64,000 bases of DNA from Amoebophrya sp. A120 (GCA_905178155.1 CAJINV010000001.1:4140421-4204420); one strand, 5' to 3'. Shown: positions 52,301 to 64,000, numbered from the stretch's first letter. The notes: generated by a model not told the origin, from the letters alone. Made by a program: numbers and translations.

Positions 52301-53853
52301 CAAACACGTCTTAGTGTCAGGGGTACTATATTTTTTATTGAAGTACAGACAGGGATTACTTTAACTTTTTTTTGGTTTTGCAGCAAACATCGAGGGTTGT
52401 ACGAGAATGGTTGAGAAATATTTTTAGCTTCAGTTGCGTTTTCGATTCTTTTGAATCTTCCAGCTGAATTTGCTACAGCCAATTATTTCAAGATCGAGGG
52501 TGTATTTTACAAATGTCGACTGAAGAAGGTGAAGGTGAGGGCGGTGAAGTACACACTGGCTGAGTACGTTTGCAGCTTTGAAATTGAAAATAGTGTTTCA
52601 TCTTCCAGCCTGGTGCTTTTCCTTGTCCTTGCTTATGTTTTTATGATTTTAGCCGAGCTTTTGTTTATTTTTTCTGTTTCGAACTTTTATTTTCCTACGA
52701 CCACTCTGAACTCCTGCCATGATTATGATACTACAGGACTGCACCAGCAAGAAAAGTAAACTACAAGAGTTGGATATGATCACGTTGACGTTGGGGTTGG
52801 GATGTCCGATGTCTTCCGACGCGGATGCCGATTCACTTTCAGTTTGACGCTATTGCAATATCTATGGGGATCATAGCCGCATCCGTATTGTTCCGGACGC
52901 GGGTGCCTTTGCATCTCGACGATGGATGTACATTTTTATTTTCTTCAATTTGGGGAGCGAGAGCTGCAAAAATGAATTTCAACAAATGTCCGACCTTCAT
53001 TCCACTTCGTAGTTACTTACTTGTTTTTGATTTTCGTAGATCATGACATGAGTTTTTAATGGGTCGATTTTATTAAGCGATACGTACTACAGATGACCTC
53101 GAGGTTAGTTTAGTGGTCCCTCGTTAAAATAAAATGGGTGTCAGTGATGTTGGCGAAGATACTAAACACTCGGGCAGCAGTGGTTTTTTTTTAATTTTTT
53201 GAGTGCGACCAACGGCAACGGAGGCACAGGCACCACGTAAGAATGTGAGTATACCAAGTATCAATTTCTTATCCTAGGAGAAGCCAGCGCGATCGCCTAG
53301 AAACAAAGCTCGCCCAGCGGATGAAAATCGTGCGCTCCCTGAAGCCGTTGTTCGTTTCTTCTTGTCCTTTCTTCTAGGCAGCTGCTACAGCTTCATCCGT
53401 ATCTCGTCCTGTCTAGTAAACTGCTTCCCGTCCGAGCGAGCATCAATTACGGATCATGATATCAACCGGTGGAGGAGAGCTTCGAGTATCAAAATTTCGA
53501 CTGGTACATCTGCACAAAGGCCACAGAAAAGTCTAGGTCGTGCTGACAGTGTCAGTTGTCATATGAGTGTGAAGATGTTGCAGTACTACAAGTAGAAGTA
53601 AAGATTTCTGCTACTTCTAGTTATCCTGTAGTACAACTTGATTCTGTTTCATCCGTTGCTCTCTTCTTGCAACCATGTTTCATCCGTTTCTTTGTTTTTG
53701 TGTCTCGTCCCAAAGATGCAAGTGCTCAGTAGTACTATGTAGACATATTATTTCCCGTAGGACTAGTAACTTTCGCCTCCCCATAAGCAACATCATCAGC
53801 ACTGTAGTTACTGTTTGCAACTGCCTGCACCAACTTGACACAGCAGGGACGTG

Positions 53854-56077
53854 ATGGCGCCGTTGAGGAGAAGCAACTCTCCTATCTGTTCTGTGAGCTC
53901 TGCCTCTGCCGCTGCCCTGGTGGATATTGCCAAACATGATGAAGAAGAGACCACTACAACAACAAATCTTGCGGTTTTCGATCCGACAAGACTAAGACAT
54001 CAAGCCGACGCAGAATCACGACAATGTCCGCCGCCGACCGCCTTCCCGCTTTCCTACGCAACAGCAGTGAGACTCGGCAGAGTCGCATTGAAAAATCAGG
54101 ACCGCGAGGGTCGTTCCAAGCATATCGCTATCGGGCAAGCGGAACACGACATATATCAACCGTCGTCGAGGCCCGCTCCTTCTCTTACCCGACTCATTGC
54201 CTACTACCTGGTCCACAGCTGGCGGTGTTTCGGGTACGTTCCCGCGTTTCTCTACGCGGCGAAGACCCAGCCATTCAAAGTCTTGCTGACCACCGCGATT
54301 CTCCAGGCGGTTCGGGCCAACAACCCCCGCGTCTCCTTCCTAGTGCACCTGTTTTGCTCCTACGGGTCGAGCAGAGAACCCAGATTTGTGAACGCGGCAC
54401 GGAAGATATCCTGTGCAAAAGTATCGCACTCGTAGTAATCGCAGTCATGCATTACAAATCTCCATCCCAAGGCAAAACAGCGTCACAAATTCCAATTGTC
54501 ATGCTGAGCTAATTTGTATTGCAATTACTACTAGTGCGATACTTTTGCAGTTCATAGAAGAAACTCTATGACAAAAACAGCGCGAAGCCGAGCCAGTACC
54601 TCGCGACCCTCCACCCCCACGGAATTCTGTGCTATCCAGGAAAAAAAGTACTTATGTAAGTGTAACTTTCTTTGAGAAACAGCATCACAAATTTGCTCTA
54701 CATGACAGAGAAAACCTGTCATGCGTGGCGTGTAAGGGAAAACACACACGAAAAGAGGACTTCGTGGCTGTCTGGCATGACAGGCGTAACTCTGTTGCAT
54801 GTTCTGCAACACAAAGTTACACTTACACAGTTTTTTTCTTGCATATGTGCTGCGGGTGGTTCAATTTGATATCCCGGCTTGCCCTGGATTGGTCGGCCAC
54901 CGACCGGCTAGAGATCATGGACGGCCTGCCCGTGTTTCTCTGCTTCGCGCCGATGATCCAGCACTTGCCCCTCCACGGGGACATGTACATGCAGAACTGC
55001 GGGGACGCGAGCGGCAAGACGGTGCGGCGAGTTCTGCAGACCACGAGGAAGACGCCGGCCATCGCGCCGGGCGGCTTCAGCGAGTCGGCGTACTGTGGGT
55101 GGGACATGGAAAAGTACGAGGTCGCGTATCTGCTGCAGCGAACCGGGTTCGTCAAGATCGCGCTGGAGCAGAAGGTCGATTTATTGCCGGTGTACACCTT
55201 TGGCAACGACAACATGTACCTGACGTGGGATTTGTTCGGCACCCGGCAGCTGCGGGCGGAGTGGTCGCAGAAGATCGGACTGCCGCTCCTGTGGTGGAAC
55301 GGAGCCGACCCCTTCGGGTGCACGAATTTACCGAAGACGGAGGACTTGGTGACGGTCGTGTTTGACCCGTTTGTGACGGAAAAGTATTGGAAGAGGCTGG
55401 AAGAGGTGTTTATTCGGGGAGACACTACCGCTACGAAGGCAACGAAAGGAGAAATAAAGGGAGTGCAGCCCGGCATGGGCGCGACGACCCAAAGCAAAAG
55501 CAAGAAGAGTAAAACGAAAACCGGTACAGTTACCAAAACAGCCTACGAAAAAGCGTTGCAGGCTGCTGTAGAAGAGTGCCACCGTGACTATTTGCAGTAC
55601 CTGTGGCGGTGCTTCGAAGAGTACAAGCACGTGACACCAGCGTCGGCAAAAAAAGCTCTGGTCTTCGCCGGCCGGGGACAAAAACCGATCGTGCCGGATG
55701 TGGACTGGTTGAGAAAAGAGCAGCAAGCGCACAGAAACGTCAGTGAAGAGCAACACCGTCGTCATTTGGAAGAACGGCGAAGGGAAGCTACTACACGCAC
55801 TGGAAGTCGTTCGGGTAAGAAAACGCGGCCGACGTCTCCGTCACGGTCTCCGAACAAAAGACCCCGTCCGCCGACTTCGTCGCCGCAAGATGAGAGTAAC
55901 AGCGTCGCCGCGATTTCAGTGCTAGGCGCAGCAGGACCAGTGGGCAGCACCAGCAGCCGCGATCAAGCATTTCCAATCGCGGTTCGTATCTCCTCGACCA
56001 GCACATGTTCGAGCGACCGCGCGGAAGAATTTTTCACCCACCCGCATTCTATTGTGCGTTCTTTGAGCAAATATTAA
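53854..56077 (+). CDS. DGAT2/MOGAT-family acyltransferase, ~616 aa; exons 53854-54406, 54562-54632, 54851-56077
   Basis: The HPHG motif lies in the 71-nt micro-exon (YLATLHPHGILC). Also IAPGGFSES and RTGFVKIALEQKVDLLPVYTFG. Confidence 0.9.
54407..54556. mobile_element. Introner-like element, family A, reverse orientation
   Basis: TATCCTGTGCAAAAGTATCGCAC...GTGCGATACTTTTGCAGTTCATA. DR GAAGA. Confidence 0.93.
54633..54845. mobile_element. Introner-like element, family B, reverse orientation
   Basis: TATCCAGGAAAAAAAG...CACAGTTTTTTTCTTGCATA. DR TGTGC. Reverse-complement homolog of 17967. Confidence 0.93.
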
Positions 56078-56199
56078 ACCGAAACACACCATCCTGCCAT
56101 TCGCGTCTGCGTTTGAGTTGGTGAGGATTCATTCATGTTTCGTCTTCTATTTCACACTATCACTAGTTGTGAAGATCGAAAATCCACAAGTTCGGTGAT

Positions 56200-57560
56200 G
56201 TCTGACCTGTGACTATGAGAATGAAATCGAAGATAGTAAAACAGAGGCATTGTACAATTGAGATTCTTTTGCTTTTGGTTTTACTTCTACTTCATTTGTA
56301 TCAGTTTCCATCGTGTAACCAAAAAAAAACTTTTTTCTTATGTAACCAAAATAAAAAGACCTGGAAGAAGAGACGCTTCCTTGCGAATACAATCATCATC
56401 CACAGATTTTCATCTTGCCATGGAAGAGGATCTTTCCATCGAATCAATGAAACACTTCCTCCACCTGATATTGATATGGACCTAAATCGAAAAATCACGA
56501 ACGATGCCATGGATCGATTTATTTTCATATTTTTGAGTTTTTCCTGAATCATGGTCATTTCTTTTTCTATCGTTATCGAAAATCAAATGAAATGAAGAAG
56601 ATGGGATGTCATATTCCGGATCTGGAAGATGTCGAGATAGAGTCCATTTATAAGGTCAAGATGAAAAAGAATCCTATCCAAAATTTCGAATTCGTTGAGG
56701 TGATATTTCAAAGCATTATGAAAAATATAATAAAAATTTATTTGCAAAATATTCAAAGTAAGGGGGTATTCGAATATTCAATTTTGAGGGTATCCCACAT
56801 ATGATATTATATTATGAGAAATTTATGCAGAATTGAATTCCCATGATCATTCATTGTTTGTTTGTTTGTTGATGAAGGTCATGTGGAATCATTTGGAAAT
56901 TGTTCTTTCCTCTCACAATTGCATTCCTCCTCTCATTTCGATTGGAATTTTTAAAGATCTGAAATTATCAAAGATTATATTCTTGATCTTCCCTTTGAAA
57001 TTCTCAAAATTTCTTAATATATTCATATCTCCAAATGTAATTTATTGATTCGATTCATGATTTATCATTTTCGAATCTTGAGATGGAGAACAGAGATTTT
57101 TTGTGGAAAAATCGAATGTAATCGAGGATCATGATCTGAAAAAAATATTATAATGAATTCCATATTCCGAAAATTTAAATTCGATTCTCGATAGAAAAAA
57201 AAAAACGAAGAAATGAATGATTTTTTTTTTTGAGATTGGAAATAAATTCGATTTCCCATCCTTCCATCGAGATTCCCAAAATCTATCATGAAATATATTT
57301 GATTTTGAATCTCGGATGATACATATCATAAATTTAAATCCTATTCCGACATGATATGATCAAAAAGAAAGAACAACACACACAAAAAACAAGATGGACA
57401 CAAGATTTTTTTTCAGACGATAAATAATGATGAGAATCAGATCGAAAAGATTCATTTCTATTGAGAATATATTGATCGAGGATGAATAATCATGGACCAG
57501 ACCTGAGTCTGAGACAAATTTGAATCATACCCAGTCATGAGCCGGTCTATGAAGAGAGAA
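56200..57560. other. AT-rich, GpC-depleted island at the convergent strand switch
   Basis: No GpC seen in 56923-57540 and nearly all C follow T or C. Lies between the last + gene and the first - gene. Confidence 0.8.
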
Positions 57561-57720
57561 AGAATTGAAAATTTTTTGAAGATGAGTCGAGATGAAGCGC
57601 TAGAAGGAGGATTGCACAGATTGACATGCAAGAGCAGCAACATCAACATCTCTATATCTTTTTACTCTTGAAAAGAAAGTAGGGCGAGTCTTCTTCATAA
57701 ACATCAGGTTGTTTCTGAAA

Positions 57721-60700
57721 TCAAGGTTCGTCGATGTCCATGTAATCCTCGTTTATTTGTGAGCTCTCTTCCGGTGTGTGTTCCTTTTCGCCTTCCGCGT
57801 TCTTTTCGTTTTCCTCTGGCATCGGCATCGCATTGAACCCGCAGTAAATTTCAATCGCGTCGGTCATGGGCTCGTTGTTTTTCCGCCTGTGTTCGAACAC
57901 GGCAGCAACTACGTCCAGCCAGGTGTCGGTCTCTCTGAGGAAACGAAAGCCATCGGCATCCCCATCTTCCGAATCCTCGAAGTCAATCTCTCCCGTTAGA
58001 GGATCTCTCTCCCGTTCTAACGCATGTGCGAGCACAAACTCCTCATCTGCAATTTCCCGTTTGCTTTTTTTGCCTTGGCCCGGAGGGAGCATTGCCTGCG
58101 CAGGCTCCGGCTCCGCCGCGTCCACAACCACAGCATGAAGAAAGTTCTGCCCTTCTTCTTCAGCAGCTGTTTTCTCCTCGTTAATTTCTCCGACATGTGA
58201 GTCGTCATTTTTTGGTGTAGCGTCACTTGGTGTAGATCTCGTCTCGTTCATTTCTTGCACCCAGAATTTCATCGTCTTCGAGCTTTGCGTATGCAGAACG
58301 ACAAAGTTCTCGACCCGGGTCTGGAGGTCGCACCTTTCGACTTTTGCTTTCATAATAGCATCAGCCATTTCTTTTTCTTGATGACATGCGAAAAATCCAC
58401 ATGATGGAGGAAGACGAAGAGGGCTTACGCTTCTATTTTTAATATTATGAAAAAAAAAAATGCATTTTTGATTTTATCCTTTTGCTTCTCAAGACGCGGA
58501 CATCTTTGCTACATCTACATGCGTATGCTGGCGGTCTGTTTTGATTCTGGGAAAGATACGCATCCAAGCTCACAACGTCGCAGCGGCGTAGTTTCCTTGG
58601 TCCGTTAAGCACTGGGTGCAGGGTGGCCGCCAGCGGGCAGGAGGTGCGGATTCTTTTGAACAATTTTTGAAACCGCATTTCTTTTCCATGTTCCTGGGCG
58701 ATCTTCAATAGCAATTTGAGGTCCTCAACGAAGAGAGCCGCTTCTTCTTTTGTGTCGAAGAAGACGTCAAGGTTTCTGGGACGACCGACGTCGTGCTCGT
58801 AGTGAGTCATCCGCACGACTACCTGGGTCTCGCTGGCGTCCTCCATCGCGAAGACTCGTCGCTTGCGTTCGAATACTAAACCATCCTCGTCCTCCCTAAT
58901 AACTTCGCACGGATTCTGTAACCCCGTCGGGATGCGCCAAGTTTCGTTTCGATCCAAATCCCAGTCAGAGCAGAGGTCAGTGGAACCATGAATTCTTTCG
59001 TCGATTATGAAACTCTCGTCGGCCACAGTAATCGTGCGAATGTGAACGCTGTCCTTATCCTTCAACTCCTCGATTGGCGGCACTTCTTCGTCCTCCCCAG
59101 GGGTCCAGTAGACGCGGCCCCTGTTGTTCTTGCTCGCCGGTTTCTTCAGCAAATTGAAATTGCTGCCGAAAGAGAGAATGAAAGGTCCGACGTTTTCATT
59201 GGAAAATTCGTTGTCCAAGAGCGTGCCAAGTGTCACTTCCGCACCGGGTTCGTTTCGGTCCTCCGTGATAAACAAGTCGACCAGCTGCCCAGACAGTAAG
59301 GATACTTCGAAGCCCAAGGTGGCAGAAGAGTACAGCTCCCACCGACACCCATCGTCATCCCGATCTCCCTGGTACTCATCCTCATCCCAATAAGGGTGCT
59401 CACAGGCAGCTTTGGCTTTGAACCGACGAGTAAAACGGAATCTGGCTGTGTGTCCGCAGCAGTCTGGTCCGTCGTCGCGCTCGTTCCAGACCGGCCCCTT
59501 GCCGTCTCGGGTTGTTTCATTCAGTGGCGTGGCTTGCTGTAGTGTAGTGCGTGTTGGATTGTGTTGCCCGGAAGTTTGAACTCTTTTTCAAAATCCCTGC
59601 CGGCCTGCCGGATCGACTCCGCTTCGGAAACAGCGGCCTCTTGTTCCAAAGCGCGGCGCGATACGAGATCGGGCTCGGCCCTGGACTTGACCTTTTCGGA
59701 CGCCACAGATTTTCCCACGGCGTAAGGAGCCTCAAGTTCAAGCAGGTCGTCAAGCGAAAGGTGGGAGCGGCTGCATTCTATGTCCGGAACGACAAACGGG
59801 GCAGCGACACCCGCCGCGATTTGTACACCTCCGCCGTTGAGGACACGAAAGAGTACATTGAGGCCGTAGTGCGCTTCAACAACGTCTGAAAGAATTTTCT
59901 TTGCAGTTTCGTGGATCCGGCGACAAGCAAACTGCAACGGATACAACGGTAGTATCGGAACCTCCGCATCGGTCGGGGGCTTGGGAGCGAAGTGTTCGTG
60001 CTGGATTTGCGCAACATATCTGATTTTTTGCCTGAAAAGCTCGCTTTCATCTAGCTTGCGCAATTCTTTCGATAATCCACAGCCGAGGCCGACTCGCGAG
60101 CCTAAGAACTGCAAGAATTTTACTCGGTTCAAAACCAAACTGACTTTTGGGTCGACTTCGAGGTCGAGACTGCTATCTTCGTCTCCGTCATCTTGCGACC
60201 TGTTCCGCGAGAGTGGTGTTGTCTCCATTTCCGTGCCTTCCCGCTCCGAGTCACGGAGGAACGATGAATCCAGAAGACCAACATCAAAATCCTCATCGTC
60301 ATCACCGACATCAAGAATATCGTGTCCGGAAGCACCAGCGGAAACGCTTTCATCTACTAGCAGGGTGTCACGATGCTCGGCTCCGCCCGAGGGGGAGACC
60401 TTGTCCGAACCTGTTTCGGGAGAAGAGCAGCCTGCTTCTGGTGTTGCTGTCTTGCTATGGACGCCGGACCCGCCAACGGTGATTGAATCCCCTTGGGAGA
60501 CGGTGAAGACCAATGGTAAAATTTCGAGGGCGGCGCCGTTTTCATCCTGGACCTTCTTTGTCTCTATAGGTGCTTCTATGGCCACGTTGTTCGGGTCACT
60601 TTCACTTCCGTGTTCAAGTTTATTCGCCGCTGCCCCATTATAGGAGGAGAGCATCTTCTGCACGAACTCATCGTAGTCTTGTCCACCGGTGGCAATTTTG

Positions 60701-60930
60701 AAAGCAGACCGTGACAGGAACAGTCCGTCTTCGTGCACTGTAAAACATTTGCTATTCTGCTGCTGCTCGGGGCCGTCGTCAACACCAACAGGAGCACGCT
60801 TTTGGTTTTTGTGTAATGTGCGGGTCGACTGCTCCGGCGTGGTCAGAAGCGCGCCGGTCGATTTAGACGCGGCCATCTCGTCGTGCGGTTGTCGTTTTTC
60901 AAAGCTAGATAAAAGGGGCGCTTCGGCCAT
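57721..60930 (-). CDS. Probable single multi-exon hypothetical gene (ORFs 59521-60930, ~58445-59590, 57721-58368) with weak C2-like and PH-like motifs
   Basis: Three consecutive protein-like minus-strand ORFs. The middle frame stays open upstream to ~59590 and reads GPVWNE (C2-like) and RNLDVFFDTKEEAALFVEDL (PH C-terminus-like). Junctions unresolved. Confidence 0.55.
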
Positions 60931-61457
60931 TTTGGAATTACTTGCTTACTCACTTTTCGAAGATGACGATATAGTAGATGCGTGTTCTTTATGTCAAAGC
61001 AATCAAATCAGTAGATTCTGCGCAGTAGAGAGCAGCAAGCAAACGGCGTTGACACAGATCTGTAAAAAACTGACGTCGAGGCCCTCGGCGACCCGACATA
61101 CTTGCATCGCACTGAGACAGACAACAGATCATCGCAATCAAAGTCAATCAATATTTTTGAAGAAGAAGATGTCCACTCTTTTTTACGCTTATGTATGATC
61201 CGCATCCGGCGTTTTTCGTTAGAACTTCTTGTGTTCATCAACAGTTTTCAACTGGAAAGGCACAAACGCAGCATGTACTTACATGATGAACGCGCAGCAT
61301 TGAAATTCAAAAGCATTGAAGTTCCCTCAAGCCGAGACCTTATATCGAAGGGAAGCATCAAGTTGATCTGTTTGTATACGCAATGCCTGAGAAGTGTACA
61401 TGTGTCGATATCTTTGCAGAATCCGCTTGACTTTATCAATTCAGTAAGCGATTTCTG

Positions 61458-62144
61458 TCAGAGTTTCGAGTCCGCAAACCTAACAATGCCAGTCCTTTCT
61501 ATTCCTGTATCTCTATGTGATTCATGAAAAGTAGTTGCGCTTTCCGTTGTATACCCGCGCATCTTTTCGAATCGGTTTCCACCATAATCTTCACCACTGA
61601 ATCCAGGCAGTCCCTTCAGAGGGATTTTGCTCCTCTGAAATGTGCCGATACCCTTGCCAACGATGACCTCCTGTGCTTTCTTTTCGCCGCGTTCTGCAGC
61701 ACTGCCCTGCGGCTCCTGGTCCTGCACCGCACAGCTCCACAGCGTCGCTTCCGCTGTAATCAGATTCGTGGTCGCGTTTATCACCAAACCCCTGGCTTCC
61801 AACTGCATGCCCTTGTCTTCCGGTCGCACCGGGCGCATTAAGTAAAGCGAAAAGCTCGTGGTCAGCAGAAACACCTCGCGCTCGTAACTCTGCGCCGCAA
61901 AATACGCCGCGTCGTCGAGAAGTTTGAAGTAAACGGAACCGTGAAGCTGTTTCCCAGTATGGCACAGGTCTTGGCGGTTCGTGGTCGGCATCCTCAAGAC
62001 TGTTTTTCCTTTCCCGATTGCCATGCGGTGAAGGTTTATGAGCCCGGAAATCGGCGCTGCAGCATACCCTCGCTCTAAAGACCGGTAATGCGCCTCGTCC
62101 TCGAGGGAAGTAGCTTCAGGTCCAGCAGAAAGAGGTGGAGCCAT
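61458..62144 (-). CDS. PaaI/hotdog-fold thioesterase
   Basis: LHGSVYFKLLDDAAYFAA, TTSFSLYLMRPV and GIGTFQRS. Confidence 0.85.
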   Translation of the reverse strand: MAPPLSAGPEATSLEDEAHYRSLERGYAAAPISGLINLHRMAIGKGKTVLRMPTTNRQDLCHTGKQLHGSVYFKLLDDAAYFAAQSYEREVFLLTTSFSLYLMRPVRPEDKGMQLEARGLVINATTNLITAEATLWSCAVQDQEPQGSAAERGEKKAQEVIVGKGIGTFQRSKIPLKGLPGFSGEDYGGNRFEKMRGYTTESATTFHESHRDTGIERTGIVRFADSKL

Positions 62145-63477
62145 GGAGCGCAGTTGAGTAAAGTATTACGTCTTCCTACACAGAAAAAGAGTAGAACTCA
62201 TCACAAATGAAGCAACGTAACTGCGTGTTGGTGTGAGCAGGTTTAGTGAGTCCCTGCAAATAGAAACCACAAGAAATACTAGCACTACGGGGCTTAAGCT
62301 GCAACCCTGCTTGATGTATTCTTCATCCAAGGGTAGAGGGGGCTACGATCACTGACGAATATTGAAACGACAGAGCGATCAGACGAGTATGCTGGATGTC
62401 TTGTTAAGCGAAATTTCTTGAGAAAACCGAACTGGCTAGACATAGAGATTCGGTCGACTTGGTTGTTCCTCTTGGCGACGGGCGACGGAAGGAAAAAACC
62501 GAACACAGCGAGTTCGTGAAATATAGTTGTTGTCGCTTTTGGTGACTTCGTAATCGTATTTGTCGAAAATAACGGCCAACAGAAAAAAGCAACATGATCG
62601 GGAGCTTTATGCATGTCCCAAGAACACTCTCTGCAGAGGCTAGCCCTCTCCCGAACAAGGCACGATGGATCGCCGTCCCAGGTTTATCTTTTTTTTTCAG
62701 AATTTGCACTTTACTTTTATTACCGCTATTCCCACACCGGAGAAGGTTCAGACTTCAGGATCGTTGTGAAACCAAATAAACAAGGTGACACAATATGTCT
62801 TCAGACTAAAATTTGAGTGTGATCAACATCATTTGAAAAAAAGTGAAAAGCATCGTATTTGTATGTGCTGTGTTCGATCATGTAAAGCAAAAACCTCGTC
62901 TCTAATTACGTCGTCAATAGCCAAGTCTTTTTCTATGCAGTGTGATGGAAATGCAACATGTTTCAAAAATAAAAGATTCGTACACAACTTCCATGTATGT
63001 ATTCTGGATGTATTGACGCTTTCTCTTTATCTGAGTATGAATTGTTTATTTCGTTCGTGGCATTTTTGCGTGACACTGAAAATAATGGGCGAATCTTATC
63101 CCGCTAGAGGAGATGGACACCGCAGCTAGGCTCTTACTTAGTGTGACATGAGTGCAATTGAGATCACTTTTTATGAAAATTGAAAAAACAGAAACACGTC
63201 AGAAAGAGGAATTGAAAAATATCAGGTGAGATGAAAGCACTCCTCCAGAAGCGTTATTTATGAGACCATACGGACGATGAAGTTGACGCATAAAAGCAAT
63301 TGATGAATTTATTCTGTTCGACGTTATCGCCTTAGAACGTGGTTGATGTCACAGAATTTTAGAGACAGATATGAAGATCAACAAACGTAGACTTTTATCA
63401 GATATGTTTTTCGTATATTCGCACCGAATCTCTTTTGTCATTCAGTCATTTGAACATGATATTATTTAGCAAAATAC

Positions 63478-64000
63478 TTACTTCCGCATTTCGACCAGGA
63501 CCCGTTGGTAACGCGAATTTCCCGTCGCGCACAGCTTCAAGAAGGCGCGCTGCTTGCTGTCCAGGCAGAACTTCCGCAATTTGACGTAGGAATCCAGAAA
63601 CGCCGTTGCGTCCGTGACCTCTTCATGCTTCGACACAAACAAATCGAACAGCCGGTCGTCCGCGACGGAGTTGCCGAGCTGCAAAATTTCGTCCAGAATG
63701 TGCAGCAAATAGGGCGACTTCTTCCAGTTGCGCTCGAACGAAAGACGGCTCACCTGCTGGTTGAGCAGGTCTTGGTCATGCTGAGGGTGAATACCCGCAG
63801 TCGTGCCGCGCGGAGCGGACGTGTTATTCGGACCATGGTTGTTCATCACAGCAGAAGGTCCAGCACCACCATTCACGTTGTCGCTCAAGTGCGAACGGCG
63901 GCGACTGGACAAGTGCGCCTCCAGCTGTTCCCAGTGCGCCGTGTCGTTGCACAAAACGTGCAAAATGTTCTGAAATTCCTCGGTCAAGACCAGCACTTCA
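63478..64000 (-). CDS. Partial hypothetical CDS or exon continuing beyond the window
   Basis: Open minus-strand frame with G/C third-position bias running to the window edge. Confidence 0.65.
   Translation of the reverse strand, partial: EVLVLTEEFQNILHVLCNDTAHWEQLEAHLSSRRRSHLSDNVNGGAGPSAVMNNHGPNNTSAPRGTTAGIHPQHDQDLLNQQVSRLSFERNWKKSPYLLHILDEILQLGNSVADDRLFDLFVSKHEEVTDATAFLDSYVKLRKFCLDSKQRAFLKLCATGNSRYQRVLVEMRK

Noticed and set aside
49400-53800. Short ORFs in the long intergenic stretch
   Set aside because: No codon bias, motifs or consistent exon chain; no tRNA or rRNA recognised by eye anywhere in the window.
54629-54850. ORF 54629..56077 read as starting inside the element
   Set aside because: The first ~74 codons are family B element sequence; the HPHG exon upstream joins only after its removal.

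Overview
Eukaryotic, gene-dense window. Eight or nine genes lie on the + strand (2.5-56 kb), followed by a convergent switch to - strand genes after 57.7 kb. Recognisable products are homoserine dehydrogenase, a histidine phosphatase, a PEX11-like protein, a PTC7-like PP2C, an N-acylated EF-hand cyclic-nucleotide phosphodiesterase, a DGAT2/MOGAT acyltransferase and a PaaI thioesterase, plus large low-complexity hypothetical proteins. The dominant feature is 23 insertions inside coding exons. Twenty-one are 107-720 bp elements with TAT...ATA-type ends, terminal inverted repeats (TIRs) and a 5-bp flanking direct repeat (DR); two are ~1.2-1.3 kb elements with 7-8 bp DRs. They generally lack GT-AG ends. 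Removing each element plus one DR restores the reading frame, including conserved motifs (SPVK-RAMQT, NAY-HNYHHA, HPHGILC-CGW). They coexist with ordinary GT-AG introns. This matches the non-canonical introner elements described in the parasitic dinoflagellate Amoebophrya; the organism assignment is an inference. Observations that look new: the elements occur in both orientations; interiors flip relative to termini; mismatches between DR copies are almost all synonymous; a TGTNATGC motif is shared across families; one element carries a cargo ORF; a poly(A) retro-insertion duplicates a splice acceptor; and a GpC-free AT-rich island sits at the convergent strand switch. All coordinates were read by hand and may be off by a base or two.
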